A stretch of DNA of 57,576 nucleotides from Octopus sinensis (GCF_006345805.1 NW_021834819.1:1-57576); one strand, 5' to 3'. Positions 1 to 13,131 are shown, counted from the first letter of the stretch. Notes: a model not told the origin generated them from the letters alone. Made by a program: numbers and translations.

Positions 1-33
1 TAAAAGAGTAAAAGAGTAAAAGAGTAAAAGAGA
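1..33 (+). mobile_element. 3' tail (GTAAAAGA)n of a family-B SINE, cut by the window edge
   Basis: Same tail and downstream junction (GAGA|CGTTGGG) as the B copy ending at 1904. Confidence 0.8.
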
Positions 34-1040
34 CGTTGGGGCTGAGAGAGGCGGAAGGAGGTGACTAGATGTATTTGAGATGAGATGTCTGAGAGCTATG
101 GTTGGTGTGACACGGATGGACAGGATGAGGAATGAAGAGGTGCGAAGGCGAGTAGGAATGAGAAAAAAACTAACAAACAAAAAGGATAGACGAATGTTGA
201 GGTTGTTTGGTCACATGGAAAGGATGGATGAGGATCGGATGGTAAGGAGGGTGATGAAGGCAGATGTGGTAAGCAGCAGAACGAGATGCAGACCTCGGTT
301 TGTGTGGATGGATGGATGGAGTGCGGAAAGCTTTGGTGGTTAGAGGTGTTGGAGTGAGAGAGGTAAGAGAGTTTATTAATGATAGGAAAGTTTGGAGAGT
401 GTTTGTGGACGGATGAGTGAATTTGATGTGGCTCAAAGGAGTACAGAACCAGCGTGGAGGCGCAATGGCCCAGTGGTTGTGGCAGCGGACTCGCGGTCAT
501 AGGATCGCGGTTTCGATTCCCAGACCGGGCGTTGTGAGTGTTTATTGAGCGAAAACACATAACAACTCCACGAGGCTCCGGCAGGGAATGGTGGTGATCC
601 TGCTGTACTCTTTCATCACACAACTTTCTCTCACTCTTACTTCCTGTTCTGTTGTACCTGTATTTCAAAGGGCCGGCCTTGTCACTCTCTGTGTCACGCT
701 GGATATCCCCGAGAATACGTTAAGGGTTGCACGTGTCTGTGGAATGCTCAGCCACTTACACGTTAATTTCACGAGCAGGCTGTTCCGTTGATTCGGATCA
801 ACCGGAACCCTTGTCGTCGTAACCGACGGAGTGCTTCCACAGAACCAGCATGATGCGTCGGGGGATAAACCAGGATATGCTGTTGAGCCCTGCTGCTGAT
901 ATTGAGGATTGCGTTCTATTCCCTTGAGGCGAGCATAGAACGGGGTTCACCTCTCTGGGCTGGGAAATGAATGGAATGCCTGGTGTGTGTCTTGTTGTGG
1001 CTACCCCCTCCTAAAAATGGGGAATAGGCCTGGGTATACA
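34..1040 (+). mobile_element. 5'-truncated RTE-clade LINE 3' end (ORF2 C-terminus plus 3' UTR), interrupted by SINE A
   Basis: ORF 80-343 reads MRCLRAMVGVTRMDRMRNEEVRRR...LRLFGHMERMDEDRMVRRV...RCRPRFVWMD, matching the RTE ORF2 C-terminal pattern LRWFGHVERM...GRPRxxW. The sequence resumes after the SINE TSD. Right boundary is approximate. Confidence 0.75.
454..838 (+). mobile_element. tRNA-derived SINE family A, full length
   Basis: Pol III A box TGGCCCAGTGG and B-box-like GTTTCGATTCC. 11-bp TSD ACAGAACCAGC at 443-453 and 839-849. Confidence 0.9.
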
Positions 1041-1056
1041 TACACACACACACACA

Positions 1057-1274
1057 CAGAAACGTTAGCACGCTGGGCGAAATGCGTAGCCGTATTTCGT
1101 CTGCCGTTACGTTCTGAGTTCAAATTCCGCCGAGGTCGACTTTGCCTTTCATCCTTTCGGGGTCGATAAATTAAGTACCAGTTACGCACTGGGGTCGATG
1201 TAATCGACTTAATCCGTTTGTTTGTCCTTGCTTGCCCCCTCTGTGTTTAGCCCCTTGTAGGTAGTAAAGAAATA
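1057..1274 (+). mobile_element. SINE family C, slightly 5'-truncated
   Basis: B box GAGTTCAAATTCC, body GCCTTTCATCCTTTCGGGGTCGAT, tail GTAAAGAAATA. Confidence 0.85.
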
Positions 1275-1492
1275 TATATGTGTGTGTGTGTGAAAGTATT
1301 TGCAGGTACGTATTATGTACATATGTATACACACTCAATCCATACACGCACACACTCAATCCATACACGCACACACTCATATACACACACTCATACACAT
1401 GAAGGCATATACTGTTCTTTAGGGGTTTTTTTCGTCAATATGGAGTGATGTGAAGGAATTTTTGGAGCTATTCCAAAAAAACATTTATCATT

Positions 1493-1904
1493 AGGAGTGG
1501 CTGTGTGGTAAGTAGCTTGCTAACCAACCACATGGTTCCGGGTTCAGTCCCACTGCGTGGCACCTTGGGCAAGTGTTTTCTACTATAGCCTCGTGCCGAC
1601 CAATGCCTTGTGAGTGGATCTGGTAGACGGAAACTGAAAGAAGCCCGTCGTATATATGTATATATATGTATGTATGTGTGTGTGTTTGTGTGTCTGTGTT
1701 TGTCCCCCTAGCATTGCTTGACAACTGATGCTGGTGTGTTTACGTCCCCGTCACTTAGTGGTTCGGCAAAAGAGACCGATAGAATAAGTACTGGGCTTAC
1801 AAAAGAATAAGTCCCGGGGTCGAGTTGCTCGACTAAAGGCGGTGCTCCAGCATGGCCGCAGTCAAATGACTGAAACAAGTAGAAGAGTAAAAGAGTAAAA
1901 GAGA
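1493..1904 (+). mobile_element. tRNA-derived SINE family B
   Basis: A box TGGCTGTGTGG, B box GGTTCAGTCC, CORE-like CCTTGGGCAAGTG, internal (TA)n(TG)n tract, (GTAAAAGA)n tail. Confidence 0.88.
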
Positions 1905-3320
1905 CGTTGGGGCCGAGAGAGGCGGAAAGGAGGTGACTAGATGTATTTGAGATGAGGTGTCTGAGAGCTATGGTTGGTGTGACACGGATGGACAGGATGA
2001 GGAATGAAGAGGTGCGAAGGCGAGTAGGAATGAGAGAAAAAACTAACAAACAAAATGGATAGACGAATGTTGAGGTGGTTTGGTCACATGGAAAGGATGG
2101 ATGAGGATCGGATGGTAAGGAGGGTGATGAAGGCAGATGTGGTAAGCAGCAGAACGAGATGCAGACCTCGGTTTGTGTGGATGGGTGGATGGAATGAGGA
2201 AAGCTTTGGTGGTTAGAGGTGTTGGAGTGAGAGAGGTAAGAGAGTTTATAAATGATAGGAGAGTTTGGAGAGTGTTTGTGGACTGATGAGTGAATTTGAT
2301 GTGGCTCAAAGGGGTTCAGAACCAGCGTGGAGGCGCAATGGCCCAGTGGTTAGGGCAGCGGACTCGCGGTCATAGGATCGCGGTTTCGATTCCCAGACCG
2401 GGCGTTGTGAGTGTTTATTGAGCGAAAACACATAACAACTCCACGAGGCTCCGGCAGGGGATGGTGGTGATCCCTGCTGTACTCTTTCACCACAACTTTC
2501 TCTCACTCTTACTTCCTGTTTCTGTTGTACCTGTATTTCAAAGGGCCGGCCTTGTCACTCTCTGTGTCACGCTGAATATCCCCGAGAACTACGTTAAGGG
2601 TACACGTGTCTGTGGAGTGCTCAGCCACTTACACGTTAATTTCACGAGCAGGCTGTTCCGTTGATTCGGATCAACCGGAACCCTCGTCGTCGTAACCGAC
2701 GGAGTGCTTCCATAGAACCAGCGGTTGAGCCCTGCTGCTGACATTGAGGGTTGCGTTCTATGCCTTGACGCGAACATAGAACGGGGTTCACCTCTCTGGG
2801 CTGGGAAATGAATGGAATGCCTGGTGTGTGTCTTGTTGTGGCTACCCCCTCCTAAAAATGGGGAATAGGCCTGGGTATACATACACACACACACACAGAA
2901 ACGTTAGCACGCTGGGCGAAATGCGTAGCCGTATTTCGTCTGCCGTTACGTTCTGAGTTCAAATTCCGCCGAGGTCGACTTTGCCTTTCATCCTTTCGGG
3001 GTCGATAAATTAAGTACCAGTTACGCACTGGGGTCGATGTAATCGACTTAATCCGTTTGTCTGTCTTTGTTTGTCCCCTCTGTGTTTAGCTCCTTGTGAG
3101 TACTAAAGACATATATGTGTGTGTGTGTGTGTGAAAGTATTTGCAGGTACGTATTATGTACATATGTATACACACTCAATCCATACACGCACACACTCAA
3201 TCCATACACGCACACACTCATATACACACACTCATACACATGAAGGCATATACTGGGTTTTTTTTCGTAAATATGGAGTGATGTGAAGGAATTTTTGGAG
3301 CTATTCCTAAAAACATTTAT
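1905..3320 (+). repeat. Second copy of a ~1.87-kb tandem segmental duplication of 34-1490 (RTE fragment + SINE A 2327-2713 + SINE C 2896-3110)
   Basis: Colinear with 34-1490 at offset 1871, with the same nested insertions and TSD (AGAACCAGC), scattered substitutions and small indels. Confidence 0.92.
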
Positions 3321-3408
3321 TATTCTTTAACAAGAATTTTGTTGACGGCCCCTTCGAATTTTCGGTCAGCTAAGCTACCGTCGATTCTACAAAAGTGTAA
3401 AGTAAATA

Positions 3409-3828
3409 GGCGCAGGGGTGGCTGTGTGGTAAGTAGCTTGCTAACCAACCACATAGTTCCGGGTTCAGTCCCACTGCGTGGCATCTTGAGCAAGTGTCTT
3501 CAGCTATAGCCCCGGGCCGACCAATGCCTTGTGAGTGGATTTGGTAGACGGAAACTGAAAGAAGCCTGTCGTATATATGTATATATATATATAAGTGTGT
3601 GTGTGTGTTTGTGTGTCTGTGTTTGTCCCCCTAGCATTGCTTGACAACCGATGCTGGTGTGTTTACGTCCCCGTCACTTAGCGGTTCGGCAAAATAGACC
3701 GATAGAATAAGTACTGGGCTTACAAAGAATAAGTCCCGGGGTCGATTTGCTCGACTAAAGGCGGTGCTCCAGCATGGCCGCAGTCAAATGACTGTAACAA
3801 GTAAAAGAGTAAAAGAGTAAAAGAGTAA
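3409..3828 (+). mobile_element. SINE family B, full length
   Basis: Starts GGCGCAGGGGTGGCTGTGTGG and ends (GTAAAAGA)n. Confidence 0.9.
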
Positions 3829-3984
3829 CCCATTAGATTAATGTAAAATTGTTTTTACTTTAAGTGAACATAAAAAAACATACATTTATACGTTTCTATA
3901 AATTTCGTGGAACCAAATAGCAGCTCCCTCCGTTAGCTTAACCACGTATAGACGTCAAAAGAAACTGGTGGTACCAGTAGGATA

Positions 3985-4489
3985 TCTATATATATAAAAC
4001 TGTAGTTGTGTGAGTGTCTGTCTCCTACGATTTAGATTCCTAACTCCTCCCACATTTTGCGGTGCAGTTTAACCAAATTCGGGTATCTTATAGTCGTGAT
4101 TAATATCGAGCCCGTCTGGCTATTAGCGCGCGTCTACGATGAGTCTACGATTTTAAAAATAATTTAATATCATTTTTTATTCCATTTTAATGCATATTTT
4201 TTCGTGTGCGATGGCGGCGGAGTTGGCGTCCATGGTCACACCTGCACCTGTTTGCTTCTCCCCTTCTTCCCTCCCTCGTGAAGCTGTGGGGAAGGGATGT
4301 AGGAAATCAACGTCGTAAAGCGTTGTCAAGGAGACCAGCGTTCTTTTAGAACAACGACTTCATGGCTTGAAGACACAAAACAGAAATGGCTAAGAAAGCC
4401 TGATTGGCATCTATAAAGGAAGTAACTCTCTAAAAATGCTTATATAGTTATTCCCTTACAACCCGAGCAACGCCGGGAGATACTGCTAG
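3985..4489 (+). mobile_element. Non-autonomous Helitron
   Basis: 5' TC preceded by A, 3' CTAG followed by T, subterminal hairpin CCCGAGCAACGCCGGG (4462-4477), no TSD. Three more copies in the window. Confidence 0.88.
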
Positions 4490-4941
4490 TATATATATAT
4501 ATAAGTACTTACTATCAACTTGAACCATGTTTTCACGGTGTCTGCTAATGATTTCCTTTTTTGTACTCAGTTCTTTTTCAACATTAGCCAGTTCGTCTTC
4601 GAAAGCTTCGTTTTCAGTGTTGTACTTTGATAGTTTGTTACTCATGTACTCTATTAGTTCTGTATGGAAGTAAAGATTCTGAGCATCAGTACTTTAAATG
4701 TATATACAAACATAAATACACACATAAACGGCGGTGCAGCAGCATGGCCGCAGCTCCGAGCTGAAACTTAAAAAAAATTAAAAATACGTGCACACACACA
4801 CGCATACATACATACACACAACGAATACACATTCATATATATATATACACACAGACACACACATACAGACATAGCACATGTGCACACACACACACACACA
4901 ACACACACACGCACTCTCTCTCTCTTTCACTCACTCACCCT

Positions 4942-4942
<1 letters not shown>

Positions 4943-4972
<30 letters not shown>

Positions 4973-6510
4973 GTATACATGCATACCTGCATACACACAC
5001 ACTCGTATATACATACATACATGCATTCATACATCTATGTATGCATACGTACGTATATACATGCATTCGTACATACATACATGCATACATGCATAGATTC
5101 ATGAATACATGCATACATTCATGCATATATGCATACATGCATACATACGTGCATACATACATACATAATACATGCATATATGTATACATACATACATACA
5201 TGCATACATACATGCATACATGCATACATGCATATATGCATACATGCATACATGTATATATGCATACATACATACATACATGCATACATACATACATACA
5301 TACATGCATACATGCATACATGCATATATGCATACATACATACGTGCATACATGCATACATACATGCATACATACATGCATACATGCATACCTGCATACA
5401 TACGTGCATACATACATGCATACATGCATACATGCATACATGCATACATACATACGTGCATATATACATACATACATACATGCATACATATATGCATACA
5501 TACATACATACATGCATACATGCATACATGCATACATACATACGTGCATACATACATACATACATACGTGCATACATACATACATGCATACATGCATACA
5601 TACATACATGCATACATGCATACATGCATACATACATACATGCATACATACATACATACATGCATACATACATACATACATACATGCATACATACCTACA
5701 AACATGCATACATGCATACATGCATACATACTACATACATACATGAATACATCATACATACAGGCATACATACATACATACATACATCATACATACATGC
5801 ATACATACATACATACATAATACATACATACATGCATACATACATACAAACATGCATACATGCATACATAAATACATGCATACATACATACATACATACA
5901 GGCATACATACATACATTAACATACATGCATACATGCACATACATACATACATACATGCATACATGCATACAACATACATACATACATGCATACATACAT
6001 ACATACATACATGCATACATGCATACATACATACATACATACATACATGCATACATGCATACATACATACATACATGCATGCATACATACATACATACAT
6101 ACATACATACATACATGCATACATGCATACATACATACATACATACATACATGCATACATGCACATACATACATACATACATACATACATACATACATGC
6201 ATACATACATACATACATACATACATACATACATACTGCATGCCTACAACATACATACAACATGCATACATGCATACATACATACATACATACATACATG
6301 CATACATACATACATACATGCATGCATACATACATACATACATACATGCATACATGCATACATACATACATACATGCATACATGCATACATACATACATA
6401 CATACATACATGCATACATACATACATACATACATGCATACATACATACATATATGCATACATTCATACATGCATACATACATGCATACATACATACATA
6501 CATACATATA
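4943..6510 (+). repeat. Compound (CATA)n/(CATG) microsatellite, ~1.6 kb
   Basis: Direct reading of the sequence. Confidence 0.97.
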
Positions 6511-6553
6511 TACACACATTTGCGCACTCTCATGGTATACATGCAAAAATATA

Positions 6554-6769
6554 CGAGGAGTGCTGCAAAGACCCTGGCGTTAAGGGTTTTGCGAAAGGCC
6601 TAGCTGGAGGCCAAACCTTCCCAGCTCTTTTGCAGGTCGCAGAAAAACGGTAGGGCCGCTGCAATAAATGTGGGAATCTGAAAGAGGATTGCGTTGACTA
6701 GAATCATAATTAACTGAGCCTCCTGTATTTTCTTTTACCCAAAGCCAGGAACTTTTCAGCACCCTGTCG
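6554..6769. mobile_element. Mariner-type MITE (~216 bp)
   Basis: Imperfect TIRs CGAGGAGTGCTGCAAAGACCCTGGC / GCCAGGAACTTTTCAGCACCCTGTCG with TA on both sides. Confidence 0.72.
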
Positions 6770-6770
6770 T

Positions 6771-7518
6771 ACATATATGTATATATGCATGCATGTATGT
6801 ATGTATGTATGAATGTATGTATGTATGTATGTATGAATGTATGTATGTATGTATGTATGTATGTATGCATGTATGTATGTATGTATGCATGTATGTATGT
6901 ATGTATGTATGTATGAATGTATGTATGTATGCATGTATGTGTGTATGTATGCATGTATGTATGAATGTATGTATGTATGTATGCATGTATGTATGTATGT
7001 ATGTATTATGTATGTACGCATGTATGTATGTATGCATGTATGTATGAATGTATGTATGTATGTATGTATGTATGCATGTATGCATGTATGAATGTATGTA
7101 TGCATGTATGTATGTATGCATGCATGTATGTATGTACGTATGTATGTATGTATGCATGCGTGTATGTATGTATGTATGAATGTATGTATGTATGTATGTA
7201 TGAATGATGTATGTATGTATGTATGTATGTATGCATGTATGTATGTATGCATGTATGTATGTATGTATGTATGTATGAATGTATGTATGTATGCATGTAT
7301 GTGTGTATGTATGCATTATTTATGTATGAATGTATGTATGTATGTATGCTGTGTATGTATGATGTATTATGTATGTATGTAGTATGCATGTATGTATGCA
7401 TGTATAGTGTATGTATGTATGTATGATGTAATGTATGTATGTATGTATGTATGTATGCATGTATGAGGGGTATATGATGTATGTATGTATGTAGGCATGT
7501 AGTATGTATGTATGTATG

Positions 7519-7549
<31 letters not shown>

Positions 7550-7897
7550 TTATGTATGTATGTATGTACGTATGTATGTATGTATGTATGTATATGTATG
7601 TATGTATGTATGTATGTACGCATGTATGTATGTATGCATGAATACATGTATGTATGCATGTATGTATGTATATATGTATGTATGTATGTATGCATGTATG
7701 TATGTATGAATGCATGTATGTATGCATGTACGAATGCATGTATATACGTGCGTATGCATACATATATGTATGAATGCATGTACGTATATATATGAGTGTG
7801 TGTGTATGCAGGTATGCATGTATGCATGTACGTATGTATGTATGTATGTATGTATGTATGTATGTATTTATGTATGTATGTATGTATGTATGTATGT
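6771..7897 (-). repeat. Compound (TATG)n microsatellite, reverse orientation to 4943-6510
   Basis: Direct reading of the sequence. Confidence 0.97.
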
Positions 7898-8423
7898 CGG
7901 TATTGCTAAGTTCTAACTGAGGGGCACTTCGAATTTAACACACTAGCTTGCTCAACCAAAAATTATTTGTGTGCGAGTGTGTATGTGTATTTGAACACCA
8001 CTCCCATTCAGATAGATTGAGCAGGTGGCTGGGCATCTTAATGTCCTAGTCAATCTGAACTATATACATGCATAGTACATACATACACACATATATGCAT
8101 ATCTGTGTATGTGTGTGTCTGTCTGTCTCTCCGTCTGTATGTGTGTATGTATGGGTCAGGTTGCTGTTAGTGCTATTGGTAACATGTAACCCAGTGCAAC
8201 TAGTTGCATAGTCGGGCCGTCGACGACTAAACCGGCAACCTTATTAAGTCTGCTTGATAAGGAGGATGGTTTTCGAACGAAGGGCTAATTATATCACAGC
8301 AGAGTCGAACAGCTGAGAGTGAGAGACTCACGTCTTTATCTAGATATCCTTCTGGGAGTAGGAAATTCTGAAGTAACAGCCGCCTCATTGTGAAATAGGA
8401 AATCAAGGATTCTCAGTCATTTT

Positions 8424-8900
8424 TACTTCTTTATTGGCTATAGGGGGCTAAACATAGAGGGGACAAGTCGATTATATCGACCCCAGTGCGTCACTGGTAC
8501 TTATTTAATCGACCCCGAAAGGATGAAAGGCAAAGTTGACCTCGGCGGAATTTGAACTCTGAACGTAACGGCAGACGAAATACCTACTTCTTTACTACCC
8601 ACAGGGGGCTAAACACAGAGAGGACAAACAAGGACAAAGGGATTAAGTCGATTATATCGACCCCAGTGCGTAACTGGTACTTAATTTATTGACCCCGAAA
8701 GGATGAAAGGCAAAGTTGACCTCGGCGGAATTTGAACTCTGAACGTAACGGCAGACGAAATACCTACTTCTTTACTACCCACAAGGGGCTAAACACAGAG
8801 GGGACAAACAAGGACAAAGGGATTAAGTCGATTATATCGGCCCCAGTGCGTAACTGGTACTTATTTAATCGACCCCGAAAGGATGAAAGGCAAAATCGAA
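8424..8900 (-). mobile_element. Tandem array of ~3 SINE C units (~180-bp period)
   Basis: TACCTACTTCTTTACTACCC recurs at 8581 and 8761. Confidence 0.88.
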
Positions 8901-8997
8901 CCCATTTAATTACTTTTTTATCTTGGTGGACCCCCATAGTCATTCGATGATTAAAAAAAGTGGTTTTATAGGAACTTTCGAAATTTCAATTTTTTTC

Positions 8998-9495
8998 CCC
9001 ACATTAACTTGTGTAGGTTGAATTAGGTAAAACGTTGGAGAAATAAGACCCAGCTGGTTCTTGCTATAAATCATCAAAGGCAAAATTTTTACATAGATCA
9101 TTGATGAACTCTTGTGGATTCCCAATTTTCTACTTTGCTTGTGTGGACTTCCTAAAGTCTTGCATCGAGTGTTCTCGACCATTTTTTAATCTATTGATTC
9201 GTTTCATTACCACTTTACTCTAGTGGAAGACATTTGATGTTTAAAAACTAGTTTTAAAGACTCTTACAAAATTCCTATTGTGTTTTTCACACATTCACTT
9301 GTGTAGGTTGAACTATGTAAAATTTTAGACAAAGAAACCTAGCTGTTTCTTGCAACACATATCAATACATACATCTAAAGCAACATTTTTTCAGGGGCTC
9401 CTTAAAATACTATTATGAATCCCCACTTTACTTTTTTTGTCGTGTGGACCCACCCCATCTCAAAATTTTATATAGACACCGGTTGAGAACCGCTG
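8998..9495. repeat. Two degenerate ~290-bp-spaced repeats ending in a hAT-MITE-like terminus (GGTTGAGAACCGCTG)
   Basis: CACATTxACTTGTGTAGGTTGAA occurs at ~8999 and ~9291. The terminus resembles the TIR of the MITE at 9541. Confidence 0.4.
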
Positions 9496-9540
9496 CACTA
9501 GATTGTTTCTGGACTGCTTAGCTTTGGAGGTAGAATAGAG

Positions 9541-9759
9541 CAGTGCTTTTCAACCTTTTTGCTGGAGCGGAACCCCAAGAAAACATTCCACTGGCTCAAG
9601 GAACCCTTGTGCAATAATTTAATAGTCTTATGCACACATATCTGCACAGGAGAATTTAAAATTACTGCCGATTTTAGCAGTTTTGTAACTTCTTGCGGAA
9701 CCCCTGGACTGTACTGGCGGAACCCTAAGGTTCCGCGGAACCCTGGTTGAAAACCACTG
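9541..9759 (+). mobile_element. hAT-superfamily MITE (219 bp)
   Basis: 15-bp TIRs CAGTGCTTTTCAACC / GGTTGAAAACCACTG and perfect 8-bp TSD GAATAGAG (9533-9540, 9760-9767). Confidence 0.93.
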
Positions 9760-10109
9760 GAATAGAGTCTTAGTGGTACTGAGTAAGTTGTTATTAGCTT
9801 TAAATTTCAGCATGGGCATTGCTGACAATCATTGTCTTTAGTATCTCGGATACAATGATTTGTCAGCGATTGTCACACCCGTCTATGAGTTCACAGCAAC
9901 GACGCATGGATAAATAGTTGGATATAGTTACATTTTATTGGTTTATTGCACTAAAAAGGAATCTTAGCTTTCATTAATTCCAGGAGCTCTTCGGAAACTA
10001 TAATTTTTTTAAATCTATAAACGTAGTTATTTTAAAACATTTCTTTATATATCGAACATTTTGGAACAAATTTCATCCATAATAGTTAAAATAAGGAAAT
10101 ATGAGGGCA

Positions 10110-10314
10110 GTGCGGGCGAAATGCTTAGCTATATTTCGTCTGCCGTTACGTCCATAGTTCAAACTCCGCCGAGGTCGACTTTGCCTTTCATCCCTTTTGG
10201 GGTCGATCAAATAAGTACCAATTACACACTGGTGTCGATGTAATCGACTTAGTCCCTTTGTCTGTCCTTGTTTGTACTCTCTATGTTTAGCCCCTTGTGG
10301 GCAATAAAGAAATG
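10110..10314 (+). mobile_element. SINE family C, 5'-truncated
   Basis: Family C body and tail. Confidence 0.8.
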
Positions 10315-10351
10315 AATATGGGATCAAATAATTTGAGATAGAATATTAATA

Positions 10352-10573
10352 TTTATTGAGCGAAAATACCTAAAGCTCCACGCGGCTCCGGCAGGGGATG
10401 GTGGCGATCCCTGCTGTACCCTTTCGCCTCAACTTTCTCTCACTCTTTCTTCTATTGGCCTGCTCGCTCAGCCAGCGGGGCGGCGTCATTTGAAGGCTAA
10501 AACAATGCGAAGCGCATTGTGACCAGCGATGTGTAGTAACATCTGATAGCCTGGTCAGTCGCGGTGACGGTGA
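10352..10573 (+). mobile_element. 5'-truncated SINE A variant with a different 3' module
   Basis: Family A central part (TTTATTGAGCGAAAA...CCCTGCTGTAC) followed by GGCCTGCTCGCTCAGCCAGCGGGGCGG... instead of the usual A tail. Confidence 0.7.
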
Positions 10574-11456
10574 TATATATATATACATACACATGTGTGT
10601 GTGTGTGTGTGTGTATGCATGCATGCATACAGAAATTTTCAGATTTTGTCAAAAGCGACATCTAACCTCTAACTACAACGGGCATCTTGCAGCGCTCCAG
10701 CTATTTCATGAAGGACCTATGGGAGTTCTCCACAAAAATAAAGGTGTCCAGGACCCTTGTCAAAGCCTCCGTCATTTTCAGAAGGACTGCCCCTGATGTT
10801 CTCCCTCAGCTTAGGGAACAATCAAAAGTGACAGGATGCGAGGTCTGGATTGTAGGGTGGGTAAAGGAACGTCTCAAAACTGGTGGAATGTACCTCATTG
10901 GATTGGATTGGCATCCTTTCTGTCTCGGGAGACGATGGAGTTGCGCATGAAGTAGTCTAGTCCGGCTTTTATATTTCATGTCCTGATACATTTCCTGCTG
11001 TGGCTGTGTAGTCCTATCCTGGACAAACACTCCCTCTGGGAGTGTACTTCATACATATATCTTAATACGTAATCTACACACACACACACACACACACTCG
11101 CTTAAACCAAAGAGAAACAAAGCTGTAAGACTAGTACACATACGAATTAAAGCTGACTGTTTTGAATTGGGTGAGATCATCTCATTTTCATAACAGGTGT
11201 CCATTGTCAGTGATTTCCCAGGTTTCTTCTCCTTAATCTATTTATCAATGTTGATTACTAGAATTTTGGAATTGTTTTCTTAAAAGATAGAAATATCTTT
11301 TCACAGTGGTGCGTCTTACGATTAGTTGTTCTCGTGATGCCCTGCAATAAAAAAGAATTACATAGACAGACACAAAAATAGCCATAAACACATTACATAA
11401 TACATGGAATAGCTGGCATGTGTGTGTGTGTGTGTGCCAATAAATCGTATTGTATA

Positions 11457-12341
11457 CCTATTTCTTTACTACCCACAAGGGTAGGACAAACACAGAGAGG
11501 ACAAACAAGGACAGACAAACGGATTAAGTCGATTATATCGACCCCAGTGCGTAACTGGTACTTATTTAATCGACCCCGAAAGGATGAAAGGCAAAGTCGA
11601 CCTCGGCGGAATTTGAAATCAGAATGTAGCGGCAGACGAAATACCGCTAAGCATTTCGCCCGGCGTGCTAACGCTTCTGCCAGCTCGCCGCCTTATAAGA
11701 CGGATGAAATACCTATTTCTTTACTACCAACAAGGGGCTAAACACAGAGGAGACAAACAAGGACAGACAAACGGATTAAGTAGATTACATTGACCCCAGC
11801 GCGTAACTGGTACTTATTTAATCGACTCCGAAATGATGAAAGGCAAAGTCGACCTCGGCGGAATTTGAACTCAGAACGTAGCAGCAGGTGAAATACCGCT
11901 AAGCATTTCGCCCGGCGTGCTAACGCTTCTGCCAGCTCGCCGCCTTATAAGACGGATGAAATACCTATTTCTTTACTACCAACAAGGGGCTAAACACAGA
12001 GGAGACAAACAAGGACAGACAAACGGATTAAGTAGATTACATTGACCCCAGCGCGTAACTGGTACTTATTTAATCGACTCCGAAATGATGAAAGGCAAAG
12101 TCGACCTCGGCGGAATTTGAACTCAGAACGTAGCGGCAGACGAAATACCTATTTCTTTACAACCCACAAGGAGCTACGCACAAAGAGGACAAACAAGGAC
12201 AGACAAACGGATTAAATCGATTATATCGACCCAGTGCGTAACTGGTACTTATTTAATCGACCCCGAAAGGATGAAAGGCAAAGTCGACCTCGGCGGAATT
12301 TGAACTCAGAACGTAACGGCAGACGAAATACTGCTAAGCCT
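11457..12341 (-). mobile_element. Array of ~4 SINE C units, including a near-exact ~252-bp local duplication
   Basis: CCTTATAAGACGGATGAAATACC at 11691 and 11943, with shared private substitutions. Confidence 0.88.
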
Positions 12342-12373
12342 TTAGGTGTTTTCGCTCAATAAACACTCACAAC

Positions 12374-12405
<32 letters not shown>

Positions 12406-12589
12406 GATATATAGATAGATATATATATATAAGGTATATTAAATACATTTCTTTGTTATAACAACTGCCACGTTACTGAACACTAAGTGTTTGGATTCGA
12501 CTCTCTTACACTTCCACAAATGATTTTTAGACCCGGTTTTAGTACAATTAGGTTTTGTTTCTAAAATAGCTTTTCTCCTCCTGGCTGGT

Positions 12590-12745
12590 CACGTACCTCC
12601 ACCAATCAGACACACCCGTACCACTTATTTCTCCACCTCCCTACACCTTTGGTGCATTAAATTCCATCAGCACTACCGTCACCTCCCGGCTCGGCCCTAT
12701 ATGTAGTGCCCAGGCCATTTTACCCCCAGAACGTTGATTGTCTGG
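12590..12745 (+). mobile_element. Possible CR1/L2-type LINE ORF2 C-terminal remnant
   Basis: One frame reads HFTPRTLIVWNLS, similar to the SFFPRTxxxWNxLP motif. Confidence 0.35.
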
Positions 12746-13056
12746 AATCTCTCTGAAACTGAAAAGGACTTACCCTGCAGTGTAAAGTGTGCTGCCCCTC
12801 CTTCCTCAGCGGGACAAGTGGCACAACCTAAGCTTCAAAAGAACAAACAATATCCATACCAACTGGCGTATAGAGTGCCGCAGGACAAGCCATGAAACAC
12901 ATAGAAAAACATCTACTTCTATCCCAACAAGCGGTGTCCCTTGCTTGATCTGCAGCCGTTCTGCCTCTGACTTGGGTTTAATATATCACATGAACTTCCA
13001 CTGATGTTGACTTTGAAATACAGTTGACTTTCTCTGCATCGAGAGACTACCAAGTT
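12745..13056 (+). mobile_element. RTE (BovB-like) LINE 3' end
   Basis: ORF 12789-13004 ends in a degenerate C2H2-like motif (CLICSR..SDLGLIYHMNFH*), followed by a short 3' UTR ending ATCGAGAGACTACCAAG. Confidence 0.6.
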
Positions 13057-13067
13057 GGAAAAGAGGA

Positions 13068-13130
<63 letters not shown>

Positions 13131-13131
<1 letters not shown>

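Noticed and set aside
454-530. tRNA-like sequences at SINE heads (here and in other A, A', B and C copies)
   Set aside because: A and B boxes are present but there is no complete cloverleaf or acceptor stem, and each continues into a SINE body with TSDs.
4878-7916. Long ORFs (up to 493 aa) of HTYI/CMYV repeats
   Set aside because: They are translations of stop-free tetranucleotide microsatellites, open in many frames on both strands.
10640-11030. GC-richer segment with short ORFs, possibly a retroelement remnant
   Set aside because: No motif that I could assign with confidence.
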